NCBI GenBank assembly: GCA_963715945.1
Contig: CAVQSL010000015.1
Location: 270,955-334,954 of the forward strand
Direction: 5' to 3'
DNA from: an uncultured bacterium
GTDB taxonomy: Bacteria > Fidelibacterota > Marinisomatia > Marinisomatales > JAHJCW01
Length of the DNA stretch: 64,000 bases
Position 1 is the stretch's first letter, and the number at the start of each line of letters is the position of its first letter. The notes beneath the pieces are model-generated. The model was given only the letters and a program-made list of their open reading frames with translations. It was not told where the DNA came from and searched no databases. Shown piece by piece: positions 9,456 to 19,460 of the stretch. A program made the position numbers and the translations under genes.

Positions 9456-9986
9456 TCAGTTAACCTGCCCTGGTGTCGGATACTCAAAATATACCCAATC
9501 ATCACCGTTGCGTCCCATCGATACATCTGCTTTTTGATTACCAAATGTATATCCGTCAATAATAGTTTTTCCATCTCTATCAATCAGGATTACAGATTCA
9601 CCATTACCTGAAAGTTTTAAATTTATGTGAAGTGGACCTTGGTTCTCATCACCATCACACCACAGAACCAGAAATCCTTTGGGTGGTATAGTTGTATAAA
9701 CTGCATTTGAATCACAGATTTGATATGGCTTAGAGTCATTAACTTTATCACTAAAATACATTCCACCAATATTGACTGATTCATTGTTACTGTTATAAAT
9801 CTCTACCCAATCATCATACTCATCATACTCATCTGCACAACAGTTTTCATTAATGGCAAGGAATTCATTGATCATTATCCCCTCTAATAGCTCAGCTTTT
9901 TCATCACAATTAAATAGGGTGACAGATAAAATAATAATCAAAATGACTTGAGGAAATTTTGATAGTGGGGAAGCATTTTTAAACAT
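9456..9986 (-). CDS. lamin-tail-domain (LTD) lipoprotein
   Basis: 176-aa ORF with lipobox TLFNC|D. LTD-like pattern: IMINEFLA...DDWVEIYNSNNESVNIGGMYFSD...PPKGFLVLW...LSGNGESVILIDRDG. Confidence 0.65.
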   Translation of the reverse strand: MFKNASPLSKFPQVILIIILSVTLFNCDEKAELLEGIMINEFLAINENCCADEYDEYDDWVEIYNSNNESVNIGGMYFSDKVNDSKPYQICDSNAVYTTIPPKGFLVLWCDGDENQGPLHINLKLSGNGESVILIDRDGKTIIDGYTFGNQKADVSMGRNGDDWVYFEYPTPGQVN

Positions 9987-10178
9987 TAAAACCTCTTGAT
10001 TAAAACACAGTTCACACTGGTAATATTACAGCAATTATAAATTATCATCAAAATTAAATATTGATGCTATCTGCTTCCTTGACAAATGTTTAATTTAATA
10101 AGTTTGATTTTCAATTAGTTAATTTCCGCAACCTGGCGGGAAGGTGGCGGAATTTTTATATCTCTCGACGAGAAATAT

Positions 10179-10225
10179 GAGGCCTGAAAAGCCTTGTGTC
10201 GGTGGTTCGATTCCGCCCACAGCCG
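10179..10225 (+). other. tRNA-Phe(GAA)-like 3' half (anticodon arm to acceptor 3' strand) with no matching 5' half
   Basis: gaggc-ctgaaaa-gcctt forms an anticodon arm with loop CUGAAAA. It is followed by a 5-nt variable loop (gtgtc), the T arm ggtgg-ttcgatt-ccgcc, and cacagcc-g. The 26 nt upstream do not supply ggctgtg or a D arm. Confidence 0.4.
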
Positions 10226-10277
10226 TGGTTAATATCTAAACGAATGTTACTTAATGCGAGTCTGCTTTTGGCACTCG

Positions 10278-12263
10278 CTAATTCTTGATGGGTACTTCAA
10301 TATCTACGAATGTACCTTTACCACGCTTACTATTTATCTGCATATTGCCGCCAATGTAATCCATTCTTTCAATTAAGCTGAACAGACCAAATTTCATTTC
10401 GCTAACCGCCTTTTCTTTAGCGGCTTCCAAATCAAAACCAATTCCATCATCTATAAATTTAATTAGGTAACTTTCCTTATTAAGCTCAAAATTCACTGTA
10501 ATTTTATTCGCTTTTGCGTGTTTGATGACATTATTTATCAGCTCAACGATACAGCGGTACAGAACCACCTGAGTTCTTGTAGATAGCTGATAGGCATCGG
10601 TTTTATCAGTTAGTTTGATTTTTACACCTGCATCTTTTTGCACATCTTCAAGTTTCCATTCAATTGCTGACACCAAACCTAATTCGTATAAGGTTGGCGG
10701 ACTAAGTTCGTAGGTAGTTTTTCTGGTTGCATTGATAGCATGGTTCAGTGGTTTGATGAGATTTTTATATAATTTTTCATTTCCGGAACCGTTAATTTTC
10801 TTATTCAATTCGGACGCAGCCAATTTTACAGCCATCAATGATTGTCCCAATTCGTCGTGTAAATATTGTGCCATTTCGCGCTTTTGTTCTTCCTGTGTTT
10901 GGCTTAGTTGATACGTAAATGTTTTTAGTTCCTTGCGATACTTCTCTTGTTTGTTTTGGGCTTTGGTTAGCTCTGAAATATCCTCAATAATCCCATCAAC
11001 AGATATAACTTTTCCGGCATTGTTTTTTACAAGTGTAGAAGATATCAATCCATCAAACACAATTCCGTCCTTCTTTCTTAACTGCAATTTTTCTTGTAGT
11101 AAAAACCCTTTGTCATTCAAAATTTGTTCAACTCTATCCAGATCATCGGTATTGGCATATAGATCTGCTAATCTCCAGTAATCCAGATCAGATTTATTCT
11201 TAAATCCAAAAATTTTTAAAAATGCATGATTTACTTCATCAAATTTGCCGCTTTTTCCTGCGAATCTTCGATAAACGCCTACATTCAGGTTTTGTGTTAA
11301 TGTTTTGTATTTCCCTTCTCGGTCCATAAGCTCTTCAAGATACTCATTTTTCTCAGTTGTGTCCGTTGCAAATCCCATGAATTTAGTATTTGATAGTTTT
11401 ACAGAATTAACATTCCATACCCTAGTTTCTCCGCTTTTAGTTAGGAAGGGCACTTCTACAGCAGATTTCCCTGAATCTTTAAGATTTTTTAAATTAGATT
11501 GAAGTTCACTGTGTAAATTGGCTGGCGCCAAATCAGCCGGACCCATTGTAAGTAATTCTTTTCTACTATATCCTGTCATAAGCGAAGCAGCTTTATTTAC
11601 ATCTGTATATTTTCCTTTGGCATTTAAGATAAATATTCCGGTCGGGGCATGCTCAATATAACTTTTAAATTTTCCCTCACTAAATTTTAAAGCTCTAGCG
11701 GATTTTTCTTTGGTTTTTATCACCAAATCATTGTGAACTGCAAAGGACAAGTCCCCCACTAGTTCCTTGAAAATATCTAATTCATCCGGATCTTTAGCTA
11801 ATCTTTTATCGATGGATACCGTTATCGTACCAAAAAACTCTGAATCATATATTAATTGTGCAGAGTAGGCTGATTTTCCAACAAATAATTTGCTGATTGG
11901 GCAATCCTTACATTCTGAAATGGGATCGGAGATCACTGCTATTCCATCTTTTGCTAATGCTGCTTTTTGGCAATTGAGTATCTCAGCAGGACTTTTAGGG
12001 ATAACATGATCTTTCAATTGTCCATCCAGTCCGTAGCAAAATAATTTCTTCCTTTTTCCTCCCTTTTTAAAAAGTTCTATCCAGGCATTATGATAGCCGC
12101 GATTTTCAACTAATATTTTACAGGCTTCATCTAAGGTTTTATTAATATTTTTTTCTTTTGTGATTAATTGGTTGACCTTGCGCAGAGCGTTTATTGTGTT
12201 ATTTAAGCGAATGAGTTTTATTTTTATGCGGTCAGCTTGGCTGATACCCTGACTCACGTTCAT
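10278..12263 (-). CDS. sensor histidine kinase, GAF-PAS-PAS-HisKA_3-HATPase_c
   Basis: 661-aa ORF with no transmembrane segment seen. H-box YLHDELGQSL marks a HisKA_3 (NarX/DegS-type) kinase. The C-terminal ATPase has N and G boxes (LINNVIKHA, DDGIGFD, GGNMQINSKRGKGT). Confidence 0.8.
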   Translation of the reverse strand: MNVSQGISQADRIKIKLIRLNNTINALRKVNQLITKEKNINKTLDEACKILVENRGYHNAWIELFKKGGKRKKLFCYGLDGQLKDHVIPKSPAEILNCQKAALAKDGIAVISDPISECKDCPISKLFVGKSAYSAQLIYDSEFFGTITVSIDKRLAKDPDELDIFKELVGDLSFAVHNDLVIKTKEKSARALKFSEGKFKSYIEHAPTGIFILNAKGKYTDVNKAASLMTGYSRKELLTMGPADLAPANLHSELQSNLKNLKDSGKSAVEVPFLTKSGETRVWNVNSVKLSNTKFMGFATDTTEKNEYLEELMDREGKYKTLTQNLNVGVYRRFAGKSGKFDEVNHAFLKIFGFKNKSDLDYWRLADLYANTDDLDRVEQILNDKGFLLQEKLQLRKKDGIVFDGLISSTLVKNNAGKVISVDGIIEDISELTKAQNKQEKYRKELKTFTYQLSQTQEEQKREMAQYLHDELGQSLMAVKLAASELNKKINGSGNEKLYKNLIKPLNHAINATRKTTYELSPPTLYELGLVSAIEWKLEDVQKDAGVKIKLTDKTDAYQLSTRTQVVLYRCIVELINNVIKHAKANKITVNFELNKESYLIKFIDDGIGFDLEAAKEKAVSEMKFGLFSLIERMDYIGGNMQINSKRGKGTFVDIEVPIKN

Positions 12264-12479
12264 AATTCCCCCACTCTTTCTGCTTTTGCAAGGTTGATGA
12301 TTGCTTTTAACAGTTTATCTGCTTTTCCCCCGGCATTTAAAATTTGACTTTTTTTCATAATGAATCCATTATTAATAAATTTCTTGAGGTATAATACAGG
12401 TCATTAGCAGTAGCCACAATCACCACACAGGTGATTTTAATTTACTGAGAGGTTATTTTTTATATTTGTGGAGGAATTT

Positions 12480-13151
12480 CTAGTGGGAATTATTGTGCTC
12501 GGGCAAATCCATCTCCACTATGCCTTCTTTGATCGCAAGTTTTGTCAGCTCGGCAATATTCTTTACATTTAATTTTTTCATTAGGTTCTTGCGATGCGAT
12601 GAGGCGGTATCAACGCTGATAAAAAGCATTTCAGCAATCTCTTTGGTTTCGTATCCTTCTGCCAGTAACTGGAATATTTCGTTCTCCCTACCGGTCAATT
12701 CTCCTGATTTTGTGAAATATTTCCCATTTAACGATAGTCTTTTAAGGATGACCTTGGAGACTGCCGGACTCATGTACATATCACCGTTTACAATCGCTTT
12801 GATAGCGGTAATCAACTCCTCAGGAGCTGATTTTTTAACCAGATAACCATCGGCACCCACACCGATAGCCGAAAGGACATACTCTTTGGCCTCGTGGCGG
12901 CTAAGAATTAACACTTTAACAGAAGGATATTTTATTTTGATTTTTTCGGTCGTATAAATTCCGTTCAGTTTTGGCATCGATAAATCCATAATTATTAGGT
13001 CGGGCAACTCATTTGAAAGGTATTCCAGCACTTCGTAACCATTTTCTGCTTCATATATAATTTCGATGCCTGTTTCTTTTTCCAAAAGCGCCCGCAAACC
13101 CTTGCGGACAATGTTATGGTCATCTGCTAAAAGTACCTTAAGATTTTTCAT
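12480..13151 (-). CDS. NarL/FixJ-family response regulator (REC + LuxR-type HTH)
   Basis: 223-aa ORF. Receiver motifs are LLADDH and PDLIIMDLSMP. The C-terminal HTH region is LTGRENEIFQLLAEGYETKEIAEMLFISVDTASSHRKNLMKKL. Confidence 0.85.
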   Translation of the reverse strand: MKNLKVLLADDHNIVRKGLRALLEKETGIEIIYEAENGYEVLEYLSNELPDLIIMDLSMPKLNGIYTTEKIKIKYPSVKVLILSRHEAKEYVLSAIGVGADGYLVKKSAPEELITAIKAIVNGDMYMSPAVSKVILKRLSLNGKYFTKSGELTGRENEIFQLLAEGYETKEIAEMLFISVDTASSHRKNLMKKLNVKNIAELTKLAIKEGIVEMDLPEHNNSH

Positions 13152-13155
13152 ATCT

Positions 13156-16017
13156 TTATTTAGTTGGAATGGTTATTAAAGTTGTTGTACCCGTCTTTGG
13201 CTTAGAATCGATCTTAATTTGCCCACCAACAATTTTAACCCGCTCTCTGATGCCTAAAATACCAACCCGACCTGATTTATAGATGTAATCGTAAACCTTA
13301 TCTACATCGAATCCAATTCCATTATCCTTTATTGTAAGGTTTATATTTTCGTTTTTATCTTGAAAATCTATTTTAACTTTTGATGCTTTGGAATGTTTTT
13401 TAACGTTATTGAGTATTTCCTGCAGAATGCGGAACACTGCCGTGTTTATTTCAGCAGCATAACTCCGTTTTAATCCATGCATATTGATTTCACATTTGAT
13501 ATTTGTGGTTGCTTTAAAATTATTCACATACCACTCTAAGGTTGAGCGCAATCCCAATTCATCGAGCATGGGCGGTCGCAATTCGTAGGTCATATCATGT
13601 GTTAGTTTATCCAATTTTTCTGTGAGATCAAGGCTTTCTTTGATCAAGCGTGATTTGCTCCGCACTTTCATTTTTATTTACCTTGCTTCCAATTTCTTTG
13701 AGTTTAAGCTGTATTCCGGTAATGTTTTGACCAAGATGGTCGTGTAATTCAAGTGCGATGTTCCGTCTTTCATCCTCTTGCGTTTCGATTGTCTTTTTAT
13801 AAAGACTTGTCAATTTCAGCAGATTGTTTAGTTATTGTATCCTCTGCATTCTTTGTTTCGGTATGCAATATTGCATTAGCTAAACCAATTGAAACAGTGG
13901 CACTTATCGTTTCCAAAAATGCTGGATTCTTTTTCAAAATCATACTCCTCAAACTTTGCGAGACCAATAACGCCAATCACATCTTCACCTTTGAATAATG
14001 GTAGCGCGGCAAATGATTTAAGTCCGGCTTCCTTACATTCGTCCCAAGTGCATCTTAAATCTTCGAATATGTTTTTGGAATAGAGTGCCTTCTTCAATGT
14101 TACCGACAGGCCACACATACATTCACCAACATTATGTATTGGAATTTTACCTAATATATTTTTTGATTTAGTTGAATCTATACCACTAAGTATCAAATTA
14201 TCACCATCCCTTTGAAAAATAAAAACAAGGTCGGATTTTATTGTCTGCTTTAATAATTTTACCGAAGATTTGATTACCTCATTTAAATTGAGACTTTTAT
14301 TAATTTTTGAACTAAGCAAGTTAATTGCCCTCTGCTCACTATTAATTTTCTTGAGTTTTTCTTCAGATTTTTTGCGATTGGTGATATCTGTGTGGGTACC
14401 AACAATTCTAATCGCTTTTTCATCGTCGTCAAAAACTGCTTTCGCCCGCGAGAGAATATTTACCCAATGACCTTCTTTATGTTTCATTTTAAATTCCATC
14501 TCAAAGCGGTCAATTTGTTTTGAAATTAGCTTCTGCTGTAAATCCCAAGATTTCTTTACGTCTTCCTGCTCAGTTGTGTTTTCCCAAACAGAAAAATCAT
14601 TCGGAAGTTCATGATTCTCATATCCGAGCATCTTTTTCCACCCCGGAGAGTAATAGATATCGTTAGTTTCAAGATTCCAATCAAATAAACCATCACTAGA
14701 AGCATTCATTGCATGTCTAAATCTATCTTCACTTTCTTTCAACTTTGTTGCCGTCTGCTTGCTTTTAGTAATGTCAATAATAATGCCTTCAAAGTGGGTT
14801 ATTTTACCGTTTTCATCACGTCGTATATATGTTGTGTCCGCTACCCACTTAATATCACCATTTTTGTTAATTATTCGGTATGGTTCATGTATAAACGAGT
14901 TTTTATTTACCTGTTTACTATTAAGTGTCACTTCTTGAGTAACATATTCAGTATCTTCTTTGTGGATCGTTTCTGCGTAGGCAATTTTACCTGAGATAAA
15001 ATCAACTGAAGAATATCCAAACAACTTTTTTACATTCTCAGTTACAAATTCGACTGGCCAGCCCTCTTCATTTTTCCAAAGGAATGCAACCGCCGGACTG
15101 CGATTTATAATTGTGTTTGCTTCATAGAGTGTATTTTCAGCATGCATGATGTCATAACCAATCGTTTTTATTTCGCTAATAAATATTTTGTCAAAAGGGG
15201 AATTATTATCCTTATTTATTGAAGCGTTTTTAAGCATTACAACAAGCTTTTTAAATTGATTCGAAATAGATCTTGCAATGATAGCAGATATAAATACTAT
15301 TAGTATTATAACCAGAAAAATACCACCTATTATTGAAAATATTTGATGTTTTAAATCACTTTTTAATTCTTTTTCCAACAGATTTATTTCTGTTTCAAAA
15401 TTATCCAAATAATCTCCTGCACCGATAATCCAACTCCATTCATCGAATCCCATAATGTAGGACATCTTTGGATACAGAATTGTATCATTAATTTTTTTAA
15501 ATGAATATTGAAAAGAGCCACCTTCGGGTAACTTGGCTAATTCCATTTCTGTTTCATAAAAATTAAGGCCGCCAGGATAGCTTAGTTGCGACATGTTCTT
15601 CGGTTCTTCTAGTTTTTTGCCATCAAAAAGCAATGCCATGCCATCATAAGTGTTTACAAATACATAACCATCGTTTCCAAAGCGTATGCTTTCTAAGTAC
15701 CCTAAAGCCTCGTCTTTGATTTGTTCAATAGAATAATGTGTAGTATCTTTTTGCATAAATTTCAGATATACAATGTGTCTGGTTACCTCTGCTTTTAATT
15801 CTTCTTCTTTATTATCAATTTCTGTTTCTTTCAGTTCCTTGATTTTATTCTGAACTTCACGTGTCTCCATGTAAGCCCAATTTGCAGAAATTAACCCAAC
15901 AGAAATAATAGCAGTGGCTACAAGCACTATAATAGTAAGCTGATAAATGCTTAGACTCTTTATTTGAAAAATCCTAAATATAGAAGCCATAAGTTTATTA
16001 GAAGTATTTTTTGGCAT
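13156..16017 (-). pseudogene. membrane sensor histidine kinase (Cache-TM-PAS-PAS-GAF-HisKA_3-HATPase_c), reading frame broken about 3 times
   Basis: ORFs 13876..16017, 13628..13813 (H-box LELHDHLGQN) and 13156..13671 (ATPase) are consecutive parts of one kinase. Alternate frames bridge the gaps (NPAFLETISATVSIGLANAILHTETKNAEDTITKQSAEIDKSL). One break lies at a T5 run near 13930. Confidence 0.7.
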
Positions 16018-16459
16018 GATTATTTCAGATTATTAAGATAAAAATAGTGTGCTATACTTGCATTGTATATGGAAGCATTCAAAGATCTATATTTATCAAA
16101 TTTATACATTGATTTTATAGAGAAATAAAAATTACATACTCAAGATATAATTTACATGAATATTTCATTAAAGTATATCTAATTATTAAAATACAATCAT
16201 GAATAATCTCTCCATCAAAAATTAATTTATGATATCCCATCCTTGTGATGCTCTTTGATAAGTCATTATCTGACAGATGTTTAGGTCAATCACATTAAAT
16301 CAATCAGCATTTATCCTATAATCAATTGCATCATCTCCTGATATGAGAGATTCACAGTACGACATAATTTTTTATAGCATATTAGTTTGATATAATAACA
16401 AAAGTTTGTGCGAGATGGGGAGCGGGGGAAAACATTTTTGATAAGATAATAAGGATGAT

Positions 16460-16837
16460 GTGATGAAACAGTTAATAAATAATGAGCATGGTTTCACGTT
16501 GATTGAGCTTATCGTAGTTATTGCGATAATTGGCATCTTAGCCGCCGTGGCTGTACCGGCCTTTCTAAACGTAGTTGAAACCGCGCATGAAGCAAATATC
16601 GATGCTGTATCGGGAGTAGTTAACTCGGCAGTAATGTTAGCCGCTTCGGACAGTTTAGCAACCAATGGTGTTTGGAGAACACCTACAGCTGCACAGGTTA
16701 CAATTGCTAATATGGCACAAGAAATAAGTGGTGATTGGTCAGATGCTGCTGGAGTATGGACCTATGCTCCAACCGGCGGTACAATTACTTACGCTCGTGT
16801 TGGCAACAATGACTTTACAGTGACAGTCGCCTACTAA
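16460..16837 (+). CDS. type IV pilin / pseudopilin-like protein (prepilin N-terminal methylation motif)
   Basis: 125-aa ORF. The leader MMKQLINNEHG|FTLIELIVVIAIIGILAAVAVP is a classic class III signal. Confidence 0.75.
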   Translation: MMKQLINNEHGFTLIELIVVIAIIGILAAVAVPAFLNVVETAHEANIDAVSGVVNSAVMLAASDSLATNGVWRTPTAAQVTIANMAQEISGDWSDAAGVWTYAPTGGTITYARVGNNDFTVTVAY

Positions 16838-16855
16838 CACTAAGATTAAATACAA

Positions 16856-16890
16856 AAAAGATCTGCTTAAAATATCGAGCAGGTCTTTTG
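16856..16890. terminator. hairpin between convergent genes
   Basis: aaaagatctgc (16856-16866) pairs with gcaggtctttt (16879-16889), with one G-U pair. A and T runs flank it on both sides. Confidence 0.5.
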
Positions 16891-16900
16891 TGTATTAGGA

Positions 16901-17410
16901 TTACAAAACTTCTTTAATAAAAACTAATTTGTCATCATTGGGAGCATAAAAATTAGTGAATATCGCTTCTTGTTTATATCCGCACTTATTATACAACGTG
17001 CGCGCAGCATTATATTCTTCCCTACTGGATGTTTCAATATAGATTCTTGTTCCGCCAAGATCTCTAATTCGCTTTTCTGTCTCAGTTAATAAATATGTAC
17101 CTAGGCCTTGTCCATGAGCAATCTTATTAACAGCGATCCAGTATATATCATAACTGGATTGCGTACAGGGAATTGGTCCAAAACAGCAATAACCATCGAT
17201 TATATTATTTTTACCGGCTATAATAAAATTATAACCACTTGATATGCCCTTAGTCAATCTTTCGTCAATCAATTCTATGGCGGTATCTACTTCATAATTA
17301 TGGAAACAATTAGTGGATTCCAATATTTTTCGTATTTCTCCCCGGTCGGATATAGAAACATCCTCGCGTAGAGTGAAATTGTCCAAATTGTTATCTGAAT
17401 TTGTTTTCAT
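16901..17410 (-). CDS. GNAT-family N-acetyltransferase
   Basis: 169-aa ORF with acetyl-CoA motif A (IAHGQGLGTYLL) and a typical GNAT length. Confidence 0.75.
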   Translation of the reverse strand: MKTNSDNNLDNFTLREDVSISDRGEIRKILESTNCFHNYEVDTAIELIDERLTKGISSGYNFIIAGKNNIIDGYCCFGPIPCTQSSYDIYWIAVNKIAHGQGLGTYLLTETEKRIRDLGGTRIYIETSSREEYNAARTLYNKCGYKQEAIFTNFYAPNDDKLVFIKEVL

Positions 17411-17413
17411 TAA

Positions 17414-18402
17414 TTATTGATTTAAGGCTGCATCTAAAATTATTTTTACTAATACTGTATAATTCATTCCTTTATGTGAAGCAGCAGCTACTAAACCCGC
17501 ATCAGGTGATATGACAAGGATTGGCATTAATTTCTAACACATACGGAACACCTTTTGAATCCACTCTAAAATCTACTCGGGCGTATCCGGTTAGATCAAA
17601 TAATGACCAACAGTGTGTGGCAATAGATTCAAGTTGTGCAATTAAATCTGTATCATTAGGGCTAAAATCGAAGTGCCTTGTTGTATTTATATATTCAAAT
17701 GAATCCGGCATCCACTTTGCTTTGTAACCTAAAACTTTCGGCTTACCGTTATCATAATTAATAAAACGTATTTCAGCAGGCGGTAAAACTTCAAAACTAT
17801 GTATCTGTGCCCAAAACCCCAACATTCCATTCGCGACCGTCAATATATAATTCTGCAAACCAATCAGTACTCACTTTACCGCTCAGGGTTTTTACTTTTT
17901 TCATAAAATCTTCTCGATCAGCGATAAAGACAACTGAATCTTCGTCAACGCCCACCGATGCATCTTCACATACCGGTTTCAAAATATAGGTTCCCGGTTC
18001 ACAAATTTCATTTTCCGAACTGGTCTGTAGTGTGATTTCCTGTGGTGTTAAAACACCATTTTTTCTCAAGATAGCTTTTGATAATATTTTATCCGTAGTT
18101 GTAAGCATCGCTCTACTTTTTGTACCTGTGAAAGGAATATTAAGCTTTTCTAATAGTTCAGGAACTTTGTAGGCAAATTTACCGGAACCATCTATTGTTT
18201 CAACAAGATTTACTAACAAACTCGGTCTTTTGCTTATTAACTGTTTCTCAAGTTCTTTTAGATCTTTAGGTATCGACTGCGATGTTGAAGTATGCCCTAA
18301 CTCTTTTAGTGCATTCTGTACAGCTTCTACTTGGGTTATCACATCTAAAACGTCTGGAGCAGCGCAATTCGGAATATTGTCATAGATAATTAGGATATCC
18401 AT
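17414..18402 (-). pseudogene. D-Ala-D-Ala-ligase-like ATP-grasp enzyme (copy 2), two frame breaks
   Basis: ORFs 17797..18402 and 17502..17858 are the N and C halves (YARVDFRVDSKGVPYVLEINANP). The last 34 residues (SPDAGLVAAASHKGMNYTVLVKIILDAALNQ) continue in another frame to a TAA at 17414. Confidence 0.65.
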
Positions 18403-19460
18403 TAAGTTCTTTTTGTATGGAGTTTGATGCGTTCTTTGGCCGACTCCATTATCTGCTCAATTAGATATTTGTATGGAATGCCGGATAGATTGCAAGCAAT
18501 AGGTAGATCAGATCGAATTGGGTTTAGTCCTGCTAATGGATTTACCTCAAGGAAATGAGGTACTCCGTTATTATCACAACGGATATCAACTCGGCCCGCA
18601 TCACGACAAGATAACCCTTTCCAAACAGCTAATGCTACCTCTTTAACTTTTTCAGCAATTTCACCTTCTATTAAATGGTATTTGACAAGATCGTCATAAA
18701 ATTCTTTATTATGATATGAATAAACCTCGGCCTCAGCTCCCTCCCGTAGAACAACCTCCAAAACGCCACCAATTACTTGAGCTTTAGAACCGGTGCCAAT
18801 AATTCCTACTGTAAATTCTCGCCCGGGTAGAAAAACTTCCACAAGTGCGGGTTGTTGGAATTTATTTAACACCATTTTGCATTCTGTCGCCAGTTGATTT
18901 TTATCAACAACTTTAGATGCTTTGGTGATCCCCTTACCCGTTCCCTCGGCTACCGGTTTTACAAATAATGGAAAATGAAGGTTAATCTTATTTATGTCAT
19001 TTTCATCCTCAACTACGTAAAAATCCGGTGTAGAGATGCCGATATCTCTTATAACATGTTTTGCCAATCCTTTGTGTAATGAGAGTGCTAAAACGCATGG
19101 ATCAGAAAAGGTGTATGGGATCTCGTACGCTTCCAGGATTGCCGGTACCTGTGATTCGCGTCCAATACCACTCAATCCTTCCGCAATATTGAATACTAAA
19201 TCCCATCTATCACCTTTCACAAGACGAGAGGTAAGGGTGCGGATATGTCCGATACGATCGGTTCGGTATCCAAGTTGCTGTACTGTAGATTCAATTGCAT
19301 TTACAGTATCTTCGCTGTCAAACTCCGCAGTTTCTTCTTCACTGTAACCATTTTTCAGATATTCGGAACGCAGATCATAGGTCAATCCAATAATTAATTT
19401 GGAGTTCTCATCCATTTTCAACTTTGCTATCATTTCTATATCAATATTCATAGCTATCAT
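18402..19460 (-). CDS. D-Ala-D-Ala-ligase-like ATP-grasp enzyme (copy 1)
   Basis: 352-aa ORF with ATP-grasp features (FPLFVKPVAEGTGKGI, EVFLPGREFTVGIIG, AGRVDIRCDNNGVPHFLEVNPLAG). The start codon choice is uncertain; there are several in-frame Met codons. Confidence 0.75.
   Translation of the reverse strand: MIAMNIDIEMIAKLKMDENSKLIIGLTYDLRSEYLKNGYSEEETAEFDSEDTVNAIESTVQQLGYRTDRIGHIRTLTSRLVKGDRWDLVFNIAEGLSGIGRESQVPAILEAYEIPYTFSDPCVLALSLHKGLAKHVIRDIGISTPDFYVVEDENDINKINLHFPLFVKPVAEGTGKGITKASKVVDKNQLATECKMVLNKFQQPALVEVFLPGREFTVGIIGTGSKAQVIGGVLEVVLREGAEAEVYSYHNKEFYDDLVKYHLIEGEIAEKVKEVALAVWKGLSCRDAGRVDIRCDNNGVPHFLEVNPLAGLNPIRSDLPIACNLSGIPYKYLIEQIMESAKERIKLHTKRT

Noticed and set aside
10125-10230. 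A complete tRNA (including long-arm Leu/Ser/Sec types), tmRNA or SRP RNA in the GC-rich patch.
   Set aside because: Only the anticodon arm, variable loop, T arm and acceptor 3' strand can be built. No ggctgtg acceptor partner or D arm exists upstream. The anticodon loop reads GAA rather than UCA. No tmRNA 5' end or SRP domain IV motif is visible.
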